64,000 nucleotides of DNA from the human T2T-CHM13v2.0 reference genome, Homo sapiens. Shown one piece after another: positions 31,653 through 45,100 of the stretch. Every line of letters begins with the position of its first letter. The first letter of the stretch is position 1. A program made the translations under genes and the position numbers. The stretch is taken from NCBI RefSeq assembly GCF_009914755.1, contig NC_060925.1, one strand, 5' to 3'. The notes below the pieces were generated by a model. The model saw nothing but the letters and a program-made list of their open reading frames with translations. It did not search any database and was not told the origin of the DNA.

Positions 31653-33071
31653 AGTCTCAGTACATTTTAAAAGCTTGATGTTCTTTTTGATCATAGTAGC
31701 AGAAAAAGCATTTGACAACATTGAACATAAGTTCATTAAAAAACCAGCAAATTGGGATTGGAAGGGAATTCTCCTCTAATAGGGAGCATCTACAAAAACC
31801 TATATAGCTAACGTCATACTTAATGGTAAAATGTTGAGTGCTGCCCCCTAATATTGGGAATTGTGAGGGTGTCGGCTTTTACCATTTCTATTTAACGTTG
31901 TTAAATAGAAGTAGTAAAAATTCTAAATAGTGGTCTGAGAAGTTCTAAATAGTGCTCTGAGACAAGAAAAAGAAACAAAAGGCATAATACAGGAAAGGAA
32001 GGACTAATATTGTCTATATTGTTGAAATACATGATTGTTTACAAAGAAAATCCTAAGGAATCTACAAAATGTGTACCAAAACTATTAGTTAAATTTAGCA
32101 AGGTCATGGAATACAAGGTCAATTTACTAATCAATTGTATTTCTATATATTAGCAGCAAATTTTTGTGTACTATGAAAACAGGGTGAGCCGTGTCTAGCT
32201 TATTATTTAACTTTCCATGATGATTATTTCCTAAAATATTGACTGAGAAGAATAATATCTTTATTTTTAAAATAGCATTGTTTGAATACATAGTCATGGG
32301 TATTTGTCCAAATACGTGGATGGGATAGAGGGTGATATGCTTGTGTTTGCATCAGAAGAATGAATAGTGACTAATTTACTAATGTGGTGAGTAGCCCTTG
32401 ATTATAGGATTTAATCTGTTTGTAGTCCTTTTCTTTTTTTCTTCTTTTTTTTTCTGTGAGTCATGGCCTAAAGAAATTCTTTCCCTTCATTCTTTAACTA
32501 ATGGTCTCCATGAGTACATTGATTCATAGAAGAGTAACTCAAGCACAAATTTTACCGGCTACTTTATCTGGCTTCAGGTGACTGGTGGTTCCTCCCTCTG
32601 GGGGTTGCTGAGTCATTGCAGAGGAAAGCAAACCTAGGCAAACAGAAGCATTTTCTCAATCAACTGATGCCAAAAGTACAGCTTTACCATGTGGAGATTC
32701 TTGGGATTTTAAAAAAAGCAAAAACAAAGACAAAAAAACTTTAAAAACGGTCTTTGAACTAAAAAAGATTGGTAGCTACTGATCTCATTTTGTAAATGAG
32801 AAAATTGAGTCCCAGAGAGATTAAATGACTGGCTGGAATTCACACATCTAGTTAACGTGAGAGCTAAATTACGCACCTTACTGTCTTTTCTCCAGTGCTC
32901 TCTCCACCCAACTATACTATCTCCCTAAGCAATAAAAAAGGTCGATCTAGTCTCAAAGGACTGCTGTTTAGATTCAGAAGATCCTGTCTGAAGTTAGATC
33001 CCAAAATGCTCTGAGCAGTGGACAACATATTAAAGTGAATTTTTAATTTTCCAAATGCCCTATTTTGTAAG

Positions 33072-33113
33072 AGAGAATGCATTTAGTTTCACAGAGAATG
33101 CATTTAGTTTCAC
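33072..33113. repeat. Perfect 21-bp tandem duplication
   Basis: (agagaatgcatttagtttcac)x2. Confidence 0.97.
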
Positions 33114-33149
33114 AAGTTCTGCGCTGTTTATTTCAAAATCTTTGTTTTT

Positions 33150-33457
33150 CTTTTCTTTTTTTTTTTCTTTTGAGACAGAATTTCGCTCTGTCACCCAGGC
33201 TGGAGTCCAGTGGCACAATCTCGGCTCATTGCCACCTCCACCTCCCAGGTTCAAGCAGTTCTCCTGCCTCAGCCTCCTCAAGTAGCTGCGACTACAGGCA
33301 TGCACCACCACGCCCGGCTAATTTTTTTTGTATTTTTAGTAGAGACAGAGTTTCGCCATGTTGGCCGGACTGGTCTCAAATGCCTGACCTCAGGGGATCT
33401 GCCTACCTTGGCCTCCCAAAGTGCTGGGATTATAGGTGTGAACCAACGCACCCAGCC
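33150..33457 (-). mobile_element. AluS
   Basis: Full dimer; tgtttttcttt on both flanks. Confidence 0.95.
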
Positions 33458-34484
33458 TGTTTTTCTTTATAGTCATCTCCTTATAACTGTTTCCCATGCA
33501 TGTAAAAGAGTTTTTAAATAGCATGTTGTCTGCTTCTTTTCTGCTGAGTAAATAAATTTGCATTTAAGAAAACAATTTTGAATTTATATAGGAGAAACAT
33601 CTCCTTAAAAGTACCATAAACATTAGAGCAAATTATTAGAGCCAATCATTGATTCTTCTTGTCTGAAAAGTTTTAGGAATTCTTTAATATTATTTTTGTA
33701 CATATAAACACTCAATATTTACTGAATGAATGATCGAAATGAACGAGCAAATGAATAATTAGAATGAATAATGGTTTAAAATCCCTAGCAGGCCTTTCCA
33801 TATCTGAACTTCTTTGCTTTCTATTATAATTTAATAATAAGCCTTTTGGAAATTAACTCAAATATATTCCACTTGAACTACCAAATATTCTAATAAATAT
33901 CATTCTTTAGTCAGTGTGTGTTTATGTATGTGTATGTGTGTGCATACATACACGTGTGTGTAGATAGATATAATACACACACAGAGAAAGAAATAGAGGA
34001 GAGAAATATTTGGAAAGGGTTTCCAGTTCAGATTAGTTTCTGTCCAAATCACTCATACATTTCCAAAAATAAGGAAACAATAAAGCACCAAATCAATAAT
34101 CTAAAAATATCCTGTGAGAATGATTACATTTCAGTGCTCTGGCTCCCTGCTGGAGCAGAAGACCAGGGTGAAAGCAGCTGCTGCTGCTGCTGCAGCCAAC
34201 AGAGACTCAAAAGTCTGGGTTCAACTCAAGGCACCAGCACAATTTGAAAAGACCCGTTCTTATAATAGCTATTGCCTTGTAGAGCCTTGGCAATCTACCC
34301 ATTTACTAATGAGAAAGTAGGGTGAAGATTAGCCTGCTGAAAATGCCGAACATTAAGAAATGGCATGAACAATGTTAGGAAATAACTTCTCTGATTTTAA
34401 TGAAAATGTCTCTTCTGTCCACCACTGCTTTAAAAATTCAATTAATTAAGTGTGGAACATATTAAAAAAAAGTTCACCACCATT

Positions 34485-34487
<3 letters not shown>

Positions 34488-34515
<28 letters not shown>
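34488..34515. repeat. (GT)14 microsatellite
   Basis: Read directly from the sequence. Confidence 0.95.
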
Positions 34516-35142
34516 CTTACTCATGGCTATAGAATAAGACTAAAACTAATTTTCGTGTATGCCTATAGAGCCACCTCATTTATGTGTATAAACCAATGGT
34601 GGCAAAAAGATTTCATCTTGTGTACCACATTCAAATTGCAACGACTGCCTAACCCAGTATGCTGAGAAGGATTCTGAAGCTGTATCTAAAGTGCAGTGAT
34701 AATTAGTAATGATGATTCTCTGCTCATCCCAGATATAAACCCACCTGAATGGGGCCACACCCCCCAGGATGTAGACCGCAGAGTTAAACCATTTGAATTC
34801 TCATCTCAGATGTTCTAGAAACTCTGAATCTACCAAGACATTTATTAGATCTTTATAGGGAAAAAAAAAAAAACCTCTACCCTCCTCCTGGAAGTAGGGT
34901 TGTAGTTAAAGGGGCATGGGGCGAGATGGGGAAATTGTTGAACAGAGACTGTTCCTGATTGTCTGAAGGAGACTTGATTTCATGTATTCTGCAGATCGTT
35001 TCATTGGGTAGTCTCTCGGCTTAGCTTCCTCTTCTGGATGTGATGGTGGCTACCAGGCCATCAGCCTCTAACTTGAAGCTTGAATTCATCATTCTCTATT
35101 ACATCAGAGCAATTTAGAGCTGGATGTCAGATTACGAGCTAC

Positions 35143-35477
35143 TTTTTTTTTTTTTTTTTTTTTGAGACGGAGGCTTGTTCTGTCATCCAGGCTGGAGTGC
35201 AGTGGTGCAATCTCGGCTCACTACACTGCAACCTCTGCTTCCTGGGTTCAAGCAATTCTCCTGCCTCAACCTCCTGAGTAGCTGGGATTACAGGCACATG
35301 CCACCATGCCTGGCTAATTTTTGTAGGTTTTTTGTTTTTTTTTTTTTTTGTATTTTGTATTTTTTGACGGGGTTTCACCACGTTGGTCAGGCTGGTCTCA
35401 AGCTCCTGACCTGGTGATCCGCCCACCTCGGCCTCCCAAAGTGTTGGGATTACAGGCATAAGCCAATGCACCTGACC
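35143..35477 (-). mobile_element. AluS with expanded linker
   Basis: Full dimer, long T tract. Confidence 0.95.
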
Positions 35478-35809
35478 ACCACTTTTTAAATACAAAATGC
35501 AACTATTATATTTCTGGTAGTAGTAGAATAAAATCTCACTAATGACTGATAGAAAGGTAATTTGATTATATCATCAGGGTTTCTCACAGACCCATTTTTG
35601 CCTGCCAGGACACAACCTTGGATGTAACTCCTTATTTTCTTCCTCTCCCTACACACTTTTACGGGAAAAGCAGAGTCCTAAAAAGTTGCTGGGGAAAGAC
35701 AACATGCCATATGATCATGTGCTGCTCACGTCGACCACAAGTTTCCAGACCTCAAGGCCCTCTTCTCTACCTCTGTTACACCCTGTGCTGGTCTCCATTT
35801 TGGGACTAT

Positions 35810-35992
35810 ATTCCAATATAGTGAAACTTCCATACAATTCCACTGTATTGAAATAATATTTTATGTGTCTGCTTCTACAGTGGATTGGGAGAACCTTGTG
35901 GGGAGGGACTATATCTTGCCCATTTTGCATCTCTTTCATCTAGTGTGGTAGTTGGCTCATAGCAAATGCTTAGTAAATGTTTGTTGAACTGA
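35810..35992 (+). mobile_element. L2 3' end
   Basis: tggctcatagcaaatgcttagtaaatgtttgttgaa. Confidence 0.7.
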
Positions 35993-37277
35993 AGTGGACA
36001 CCTATCAGTGCATTTCCAGGTGGTTTTAGAACCATACTTGTCAGAAAATGTTTAAAAAGAAAAAGAAATGAATGAAGAATAGTGAGCTAGTTTAACCTGT
36101 TAAAGGTACATATTAAACAATTAATAAATGTTTATGGATTGGAGTGGAAAAATGAGTGATTCTTCCTTAATGTTTCTTATATGTAGGATGTGCAAGAAAA
36201 ATTTGAGAACAAGATGCACTAAAGATATATTATCAAATTATGGCTGGACTTTAGGTGTTACTTAATGCCTCAAATATTGGCTGATGATATGTTTAAATTA
36301 TTTTTTCATTACCAATATGAAAGAGGAGAGTTATTCTGAGATAACTCTCTGAGATAAGCGGAGAGATCTGGTTAAGACCTAATGAATAGAGTGCAATACC
36401 ATCACTCCTCCATCCATTAATAACTTAATAGCCTTATGAATTTCTTTGGAGACAGTCTTTGTGTTTGAGTGGTAAGAAATAAATGTGGATAAGTGTGAAA
36501 TAGAACTATATTAAGCATGAATCTTCTTTTGAAGTGTTAGCTTCTTTCAGCTACGTAAATCAAAGTAACTTATTCCTAAAAAAAAGATACCAGTTTGCCT
36601 TTGGAATAACACCAAAGTTTTTTTTTTTTAAAGTACTTTCATGTAAGTTTCAAATGGAAATCTTTAATAATGACATTTTGTGTCAAGTTTTTAGTCTATT
36701 TTCCATTCAGTAGGTTTGTGCATGAAGTATTAATGGTGCTATCACATAATTTCTCACTCTTTTGTATTCTCCCATTATCAGTTCACATTTAATATACTCT
36801 GGAGTTTTATTTTCCTCCAAGAAATGCTTTTAAAAGATTTGAAAATGTGCTTCTTCCTTTAAGAATGTCTAAATCACTTTTCTAATACTTCCTTTGAATA
36901 GATGCAATATGTGTGAAAGTATAAAATCCAGTTGTCCAAAGTAGGTAGATCAAGGAGAAATAACACTGTTATTTCTTTTTTAAATGAATACAATGAAACT
37001 AAAGATACATATTTTTAGTTAGCTCCAAATTTTTTTTGAAGATTAATTGCTATGCAGATTAAATAGGAATTTGGACCACATGATCTTTAAGGATTCTTCT
37101 CAATCTTTGCTTCCATGAATTCATGAACATAGTAGTCAATATACGTCAGGATTGTGTTCACATACCAATAACAGAATCTCATGGGCAATCATTCCTATAG
37201 TCAATATCATGAATTTAAATGTTAAATGTTTGTAAGAAGGCAGGTAGAGAGAGCTGGCTTAGAAGTTTGCTAAATGG

Positions 37278-37593
37278 GGCAGGGTGCAATGCCTCATGTC
37301 TGTAATCCCAGCACTTTGAAAGGCCAAGGTGGCAGGATTGTTTGAGGCCAGGAGTTCAAGACCAGCCTGGGCAAACCAGGAAGACCCTATCTCTACAAAT
37401 ACATAAGTAAATAAATAAACTGGGCATGGTGGCATGCACCAGTAGTCCCAGCTATTCAAGAGCTGAGGTGGGAGAATCACCTGAGCCAAAGAGTTTGAGA
37501 CTGCAGTGAGCTATGATTGTGCCACTGCATTCCAGCCTGGGCAACAGAGCAAGATCCTGTCTCAAAAAAAAAAAAAAAAACACATACACACAA
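37278..37593 (+). mobile_element. AluJ
   Basis: Perfect 17-bp TSD agaagtttgctaaatgg (37261-37277, 37594-37610). Confidence 0.96.
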
Positions 37594-38390
37594 AGAAGTT
37601 TGCTAAATGGTGACATTAACAACATGCTGAAGAAAATCTCTGCAGTGATTTTTCCTGGCTGAGTCTGGCAACATCGGCCAACATTATCGTCCAGTCATTT
37701 GACTGCTTCTTAATAGACACTGTTTGCAGTTTATTCAATCATGCATTACATGCACTAGTAATGAGGAATCCATAAACTGATCACCATGAACCAGGCAGGC
37801 ATAGCTCACCCCACAGGTGTAGAAACAGCTGATGTATTTTTTAACTTTACTCATTTGCCTTCGTTTCTCCCTCCCCTCCAATTTCAGAAAGTTATTTTGT
37901 CTAATCTCAGTGCTGTTTGCCTAGTGTTAGCACTTATGGTCATAAAGATCATGTTTTACATTATATGTTATTTGCCCTCTATTCATAAAGGGCACATAAT
38001 TATAGACAGTTCAGGCTCATTAGCTCTTCCAGATGATCTGTTTGCCTCTAGTCTCTCCCCATCCAGTCTGCTGCCTGCACTGCCATTAGCACTCTAAAGG
38101 ACAAAATAAAATATATTACTCCCATGTATATGAAACAAAACCCCAGCTGCTTAGCATGGAAGACAATGCCAGCCCATCTAGTCTCAGTCTACCTTTCCAG
38201 AACTTCACTTCTAGCTCATAATAGGATCCTAGTAAATACTAGCTGAATAAATGTATAAATAAATGAAATAGATGCCTGAATAATCAAGTTAGCAGTGAGG
38301 AAAAGACATCTTGGGGAAAAGAAATAGCTTTGTAACTTTACATTCATTTCCTTATTGTCAACCTGGTATATACTATTCATTAAAACTTCA

Positions 38391-38684
38391 GGCCAGGTGC
38401 AGTGGCTCACGCCTGTAATTGCAGCACTTTGGGATGCTGAGGTGGGCAGATCACGAGGTCAGGAGTTCAAGACCAGCCTGACCAACATAGTGAAACCCTG
38501 TGTCTACTAAAAATACAAAAAATTAGCCGGGCGTGGTGGCGGGAGCCTGTAATCCCAGCTACTCAGGAGGCTGAGGCAGGAGAATTGCCTGAACCCAGGA
38601 GGCGGAGGTTGCAGTGAGCCGAGATCGCACCGTTGCACTCCCAGGTGACAGTGTGAGACTCCATCTCAAAAAAAAAGAAAAAAA
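38391..38684 (+). mobile_element. AluS (Sg-like)
   Basis: Full dimer; TSD aaaacttca. Confidence 0.95.
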
Positions 38685-38985
38685 AAAACTTCAACTTTTT
38701 CCTCTTTATTAAAGTCCTATATCTTGAGAGCCTAATGTACCCCAATCACTCTTATTGAAATGAAGATTTGAGCCATAAAAATGAAGCCACAGAAATGTAT
38801 GTTTCATAAACTAATTTTAATGATATATTTTTGAATCCACTAACGATATACTCTGTTCAGCAGATATGATTAATTAGGCTTCTGAAAGGACAGAGTAACT
38901 TAGTAACTAACTTATTTACTAAAGTAGTAGAACAATATGCATTTGGGGCTGTAAGAGATTACCACAGGATCATGGAAATGGATAG

Positions 38986-39289
38986 TGTCTTAGTTCCTTT
39001 TATGCTGTTATAACAATACCACAGCCTGGGTAATTTATAAAGAACGGAAGTGAATATGGCTTATGGTTCTTGAGGCTGGGAAGCCTAAGAGGCTGTTGCC
39101 AGCGTCTGGCAAGAGTCATCCCATGGCCGAAGGGTGGATGAGAGAACACAAGACAGCAAAGGGGGCTGAACTCCCACTGTAATGGTATTAACCCAATTGC
39201 CTCCCAAAGGCCCCACCTCTTAATACCAATAGAATGGCAACTAAATTGCCAACACGTGAACTTTTGGTGGACATACTCAAACAATAACA
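38986..39289 (-). mobile_element. MST (C/D-like) solo LTR
   Basis: tgtcttagtt...ctcaaacaataaca; 5-bp TSD gatag/gatgg. Confidence 0.8.
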
Positions 39290-39534
39290 GATGGAGCGCA
39301 GCTTTTCAACAGGAAATGGCTAAACCACCAAAATAAAGATTCATATACTAGTTGTCTCCCTCAGTGAAAAAAAAAAAAAAAGCTTTTTTTTTTCATTTTC
39401 ATGGTTAATCATATTGATACACTTTGGATTTTTATTGTTGTTATTATTTTACTTTTAAATACCCTACAACTTCACTGAGGTCCCATCTTGACCACTCATT
39501 TCTGTGTAGAAAGTTTCTTATAATATAAAGAAGA

Positions 39535-39770
39535 GGTTAAAACACACTTTCATGGGTCCCATTTCCAGAGATTCTGGTTCAATAAAGCAGAATGGAGCCC
39601 ATAAATTTGCATTTTTTAAATGGGGTGTTTCTGTGTTGCCCAGGCTGGTCTCAAACTCCTGGGCTGAACTGATCATTCCACCTCATCCTCCTGAGTAGCT
39701 GGAATTACAGGTGTGCCACTGTGCCTGGCCATATGAATTTGCATTTCTAACAGGCTTCTAGAGGATGCCT
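39535..39770. mobile_element. MER5A-like element split by an antisense FLAM (~39612-39730)
   Basis: ccagagattctggttcaata; aatttgcatt duplicated around the Alu monomer. Confidence 0.65.
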
Positions 39771-40339
39771 GAACAAGGGCAACTAGTGCAAGGACTACCT
39801 TTTCAGAAACAAAACCATTCCTTTGCTGTGAAACTTTGTTATCAAATCCAAGGGGAGTCCCAAAATGCTATCTGAACCACATGAAGAATTCCTTTTATCT
39901 GGGCTGGGGATAGCCTGGAGCCTGGGACCAAAGCTGACCAAAGCCTCCTCCAATCCTAATTTCACCCCCAGTCTCAGGTTGCCGTGCTATTGTCACAAAA
40001 ATGTTGATTCAGGCAATGCTAGTGGAGAAGAAGCCAGGAACTGGAGCCAGAGAACCATAAACTCTGTCAGCTCTTAGCTGCCCAACAGAGGTCTTCTGAG
40101 AATTAAGTCAGGCAGATCTCACTAGCTGCATAGAAAAAGCAAGTTCAAAATAGAAAGATGAGCAGCAGACAGAAAGAAAGATGGATATTCTCCAGCCTCT
40201 TGGAGATAAAAGAGAGGCAAACCATACCTCTGCTCAGAATTGTAGCAGAGTGAAAAGTCTTTCTGACCAACTGTAGACAACTATTTTCTCCTCAAAAATG
40301 AAGAGAGGGAATGAGGTTGGTTATACGTGTGGCAAACAT

Positions 40340-43300
40340 CTCCTGTGTAGCTGACATTTTCTTACTCTTAATGGAGTATTTTAATAATAAGTGTGTTTTT
40401 CTCTATTTTAAAGCAATCTATTTTATCAAACTTTTCTTTTATGGTTAGAGTTTTCTAGGTTCTGTTTGAGAAATCCTTACCAACCCTAAGATATAGAAAC
40501 TATTTTCTTATGTATTATCTTCTAGACTATTTATCATTTTGTCTTTCACATTTAGATCTGAAAATCCATCTAGAATGAATTGTTTGCATATCATATAATG
40601 TAGGGAGTCCAGAGTCATTGTTTTCCATATGGACATCCACTTTACCCAGTACCATTTGTTGAAAAGACTGTCCTTTTCCCTACTGCATTGCAGAGCCACC
40701 TTTGCCATAAATCAGACTCCCATATATTTGGGCAGTGAATCTGTCTCTAGGTTCTCTCTTCTGTTCCAGTGTTCTACTAGTTTTCCTTACAGCAATACCA
40801 CACTATCTATTGCTTTATTCTTTTTCCTCAAGATTGGCTTGAAGATCACCTTGGTTATTCTTGATCTTCTGCATTTCCAAATAAATTTGAATCAGCTTTT
40901 CAATTTCTGTATCCCTCCCCAGAAAACCTGTTGGAATTTAGGGATTACATTTAATCTACAGATCAATTTGGGAAAAAATGACATATTTTATGATATTAAG
41001 TGTTCCATCCATGAATATGGCACATGCCTCATTTTAAGTCTTCTTTAATGTCTACCAAGATTAGTATAGTGTTTTTGTACCATCCTTCATTAGATTTTCC
41101 CCCTAGGTAATTAAATGACTTTTTAAAATTTAATATTTTTATTTCCATTTTAAGTTATTTGTTGCTAGTACATAGAAATAAAGTTGATTTTTGTATATTA
41201 GCCTTATGCTAATATACAAAAATATAATATGCTAATATACAAAAATATAATATAATTATGCAGACCATGCTAAATTTGCATATTCTAATAGTTTTAAATT
41301 TTTCATTTTTATATATACAATCATATCATATGCAAATAATGGCAATTGTATTTCTTTCTTTCCAAACTTGTGTTTTATTTCTTTTTTGTGTCTTATTGAA
41401 CTGTCTAAAATCTCTATTACAATGTTAACTAGAAGTGATGATAATGAGCATCTTTGTTTCAGTCCTGATCTTGAAGGGAAAGGTTTCAACATTTCCCAAT
41501 TAAGTATGATGCTTGCTATTCATTTTGTATATTTGTTCTTTATCACATGAAAGAAGACCTCTTGAATTCCTAGTTTGATAAGAGTATCATGAATGAATGT
41601 TAAATATTACCAAAGCTTTTTCCGTATTTATTAATTTATTAAGATTATCAAATGATTTTCCCCTTTATTCTATTCATTTCATAAACTACAGTGCTTGGTT
41701 TTTGAAAGGTAAATCAATTTTTCACCCACAGGTTAAATCCAAATTGGTCATGATATGTATAATCCTTTTTATATATTGACAGATTCATTTGCTATATTAT
41801 TAGAATTTTTGTGTCTATGTTCATGAGTGAGATCGGCCTAAAATTTTTTTTTCTTCTAATGTTGTTCTCAGGCTTTGGATTATGGTAGCCTCATAAAATG
41901 AATTGGAAAATATTCCCTTTTTTTGGTATTTTACAGAAGGCTTTTGTTAGATTGGTTTCTAGTACATTTCACCAGTGAAGCCACCTAGGTCTATGGTTTT
42001 GTTTTTGTGAGAGTTTTGAATTATGGATTTAATATCTTTCATAAATATAGGACTATTTAGACTTTCTGTTCATTCTTTTGTCAGTATGGAGAAGTTGAGT
42101 TTTTCTAGAAATCTGTTCTTTCTTTTTGAGACAGGGTCTCATTCTGTCACCCAGGCTGGAGTGCAGTGGCACCATCATGGCTCACTGCAGCCTTGACTTC
42201 CCCAGGCTCAGGGGATCCTCCCACCTTAGCCTCTTGAGTAGGTAGGACTACAGACATGCACTATCATGTCCCACTGAAATCTGTTCATTTTATATAACAT
42301 TTCCAAATTGTTTTCATAAAGTTATTCTTAATATCCTCTTTTAGTATCTTAAACTTTATAGAATATTTAGAGATTCATTTATTTTTATTTGCAATATTAT
42401 TCGTGCCTTTCCTCTTTTTCTTCATTAGTTTTACCAGGGATTATCAATTTTATTAGTCTTTTCAAAAAACCAACCCCTTAGCTATAATATGCTTATTTTA
42501 TATTTTATTACTTTCTACTCTTTATCTTTTCTTCTTTCTACTTTTTAGTAGACCTTAAAAGGTCTAAATTTTTCTTTTTTTTTTTACCATTTTGACACAG
42601 ATAGATCACTGATTTCAACCTTGCAAATGTTTTAGAATGTCACAATTTTGTTATAATTTAATATAAAATATTATTTTTTGCCATGGTGATTTTTCAACCC
42701 AGGAAATATATTATTAGTGTGTCATTTAATTTCTATACATGGGGATTTTCTAGTTATATTTTTATTATTTATTTGATTATTTATTTATTTATTTATTTAT
42801 TTTTATTATTTATGCCGAGCTTATTTCTACTACAGCCATTGATGATTATATGATTTCAATCATTTCAAACTTGCTGAGGCTTCCTTTATGGCTCAGAATA
42901 TATTCAACTTTTATGACAACTTCTCTGTGTGTTTTTAAAGACTTTATCCTCAACTGGATGGTTGCAGCGTTATAAATAATGTTGGTTTGTTAATTGTGTT
43001 GAAATATTCTGTACTCTGAGTTTTTTGCTACTTATTCTATCAGTTGCTCAGAAAGATATATTAAAATTTGCTACTATAATTGTGGATTTGTGACTTTCTC
43101 CTTTTAGTTCTGTTCAAGTTCAGCTTTAAATACTTTGAGCTAGCTTACTAGATCATGCAAATTAAAAGTTATTGTTTCTTCCTGGATAATTAAACCTTTT
43201 ATCATAATGACATGGCACTCTTTAGCTCTAGGTAATACTTTTCTCCCTACAGTCTACTGCTGTGTTTGATATTTGTATAGTTTTACGAGCTTTCTGTTGT

Positions 43301-45100
43301 TTAGTGTCTTCATGGTATGTTTTCTCATCCTTTTACCTTTAGCTTTTTCACATCTTTAAAGTGTACTCTGTATCAAACACCTCTGAGGCCCCACCTCATA
43401 ACCTCTGAGTCCACCTTTTACTTAGCCGTTTTTGCTGTGACTAGCTTTGTGCCGGTGTGGCACACATGCACAGGAGAACCCAGCCTAAGACACTCTTATG
43501 AACAGCAAGTACTTGAGTTTTGTTTTTGTTTTTATCCAGTTCATATTTTTTTAATTAAAATATTTATTCTGTTCAAATCTAATGTAATTACTTATATACT
43601 TAGGTTTAAATCCAGTATTTTACAATTTACCTTCTATTTGTTCCACTTGTTTTGTGTTTCTTTCCTCCTTTCTTACTTTTTTTGAATTAAGCAATTTTTA
43701 TTTTTAAATCTCCCCCCCGCCATGCTAGTTGATTGTATCTTATGTGACAACTTTTTTTGTGATTATTCTAGAGCAGGGGTCAGCAAACTATGGCCCATGT
43801 GCCAAGTCCTACTGGCTGCCTGTCCTTGTAAATAAGTTTTATTGGAACACAGCCATGCCCATTATTTTGCTTATTGTCTGTGCTACTTGCACGCTACAAG
43901 ACCATATGGCCGGCAAAGCCTGAAATATTTGCCATCTGGTCCTTTACAGAAAGAGTTTACCCACTCCTCTTCTAGAAATTATGGCATATTATCATTAACT
44001 AACTTATTAATGTCTCATAGAAATCAGTACTTTTACAGTGGTAAAGGTACAATTCCTGAACAAGTAAAAGATTTTAGAACAGTTGAACTTCATTTACTGC
44101 CTCATGATTTATGTACTATCTTTATTTGTAAATACCACAAGATACTTTTACTATTCTTTTATATGGTTAATATTTATTTAGGTTTACCTACATATTTACC
44201 ATTTTCATTGCCCTTCGTTCATTCTTCTGGGCCAACTTTCTATCCTGGATCATTTTTCTTCTACCTAAAGAATACTCTTTGATGTTTTAATTACTATAGA
44301 ATTTCTGATGACAAATTCTCTCAGTTTTTGTTTGTTTGGAAATGCTGTATTTAGTCTTCAGTTTTGAAAGATTTTTTTGCTGGATATAAAAATGTAGGTT
44401 GGCAGTTATTATATATCAACACTTTAAAAAAATAGTGTCATTGTTTTCTGACTTTCATTGTTTCTTTTGAAAATTTAGCTGTCAGTCTAATTGTTGCTTC
44501 TCTGAAAGTAATCTCTCATTTCTTTTTTGGCTGCTTTAAAGATATTTTTTGGTCTGTCTAGGTTTTCAGTTTTACTATGATGTGCTTAGATCTGAGTTTT
44601 CTGCTTATTATTGTTGGTTTTTGTATTGCTTCTTGGATCTGGGACTTGATGGCTTTTGTCAGTTTGGAAAATTCTTAGGTATTATATTTTCAAATATTGC
44701 TTCTTCATTTTCTCTCCTTTTCTAGAGCCTTCTAACCATGTCTCAGGTGTCTCTTTTGCTCCTTTCCATATTTTTTCTACCTTTTTCTTCTTTTGCTTCA
44801 TTCTGGATTATTTTCTTCTGACCTGTCCTTTTTGTTCTCTTTTCATTTGTCTCTGTTAAACACATTCAATCACCTTAACACAATAAGAGTTTGAGAGTAT
44901 CCTAAATGAAATTTAGTTATCTAAGGGTGGTTCACACATACTCTGATGGTATACCATTTTGGAGTCCAACAAAAGCCTGGGGGTGGGGTTTGGTGTGGTT
45001 ACTTTCTAGAGCCTCTTCCCCTGGGTGGGCCCCATATATCACTTTTTGTCCCCTAACCCTGTGATCTGTTGAAAGCTCTGTCCAGAAATTACCTCCATGT
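40340..45100 (-). mobile_element. Old fragmented L1M (MC/ME-type) with nested Alu arm (~42121-42273), (TTTA)n and MER58A
   Basis: ORF2 remnants KDSLFNKWYWVKWMSIWK and LKPFPSRSGLKQRCSLSSLLVNIVIEIL...LPLFAYDMIVY (RT FADD region). Confidence 0.8.
43774..43969 (+). mobile_element. MER58A
   Basis: caggggtcagcaaact start; 8-bp hAT TSD ttctagag/ttctagaa. Confidence 0.9.

Noticed and set aside
33055-33521. Overlapping 76-131 aa ORFs (likewise at 22.4, 35.1, 52, 56.7 and 61-63 kb)
   Set aside because: Typical Alu-derived spurious ORFs
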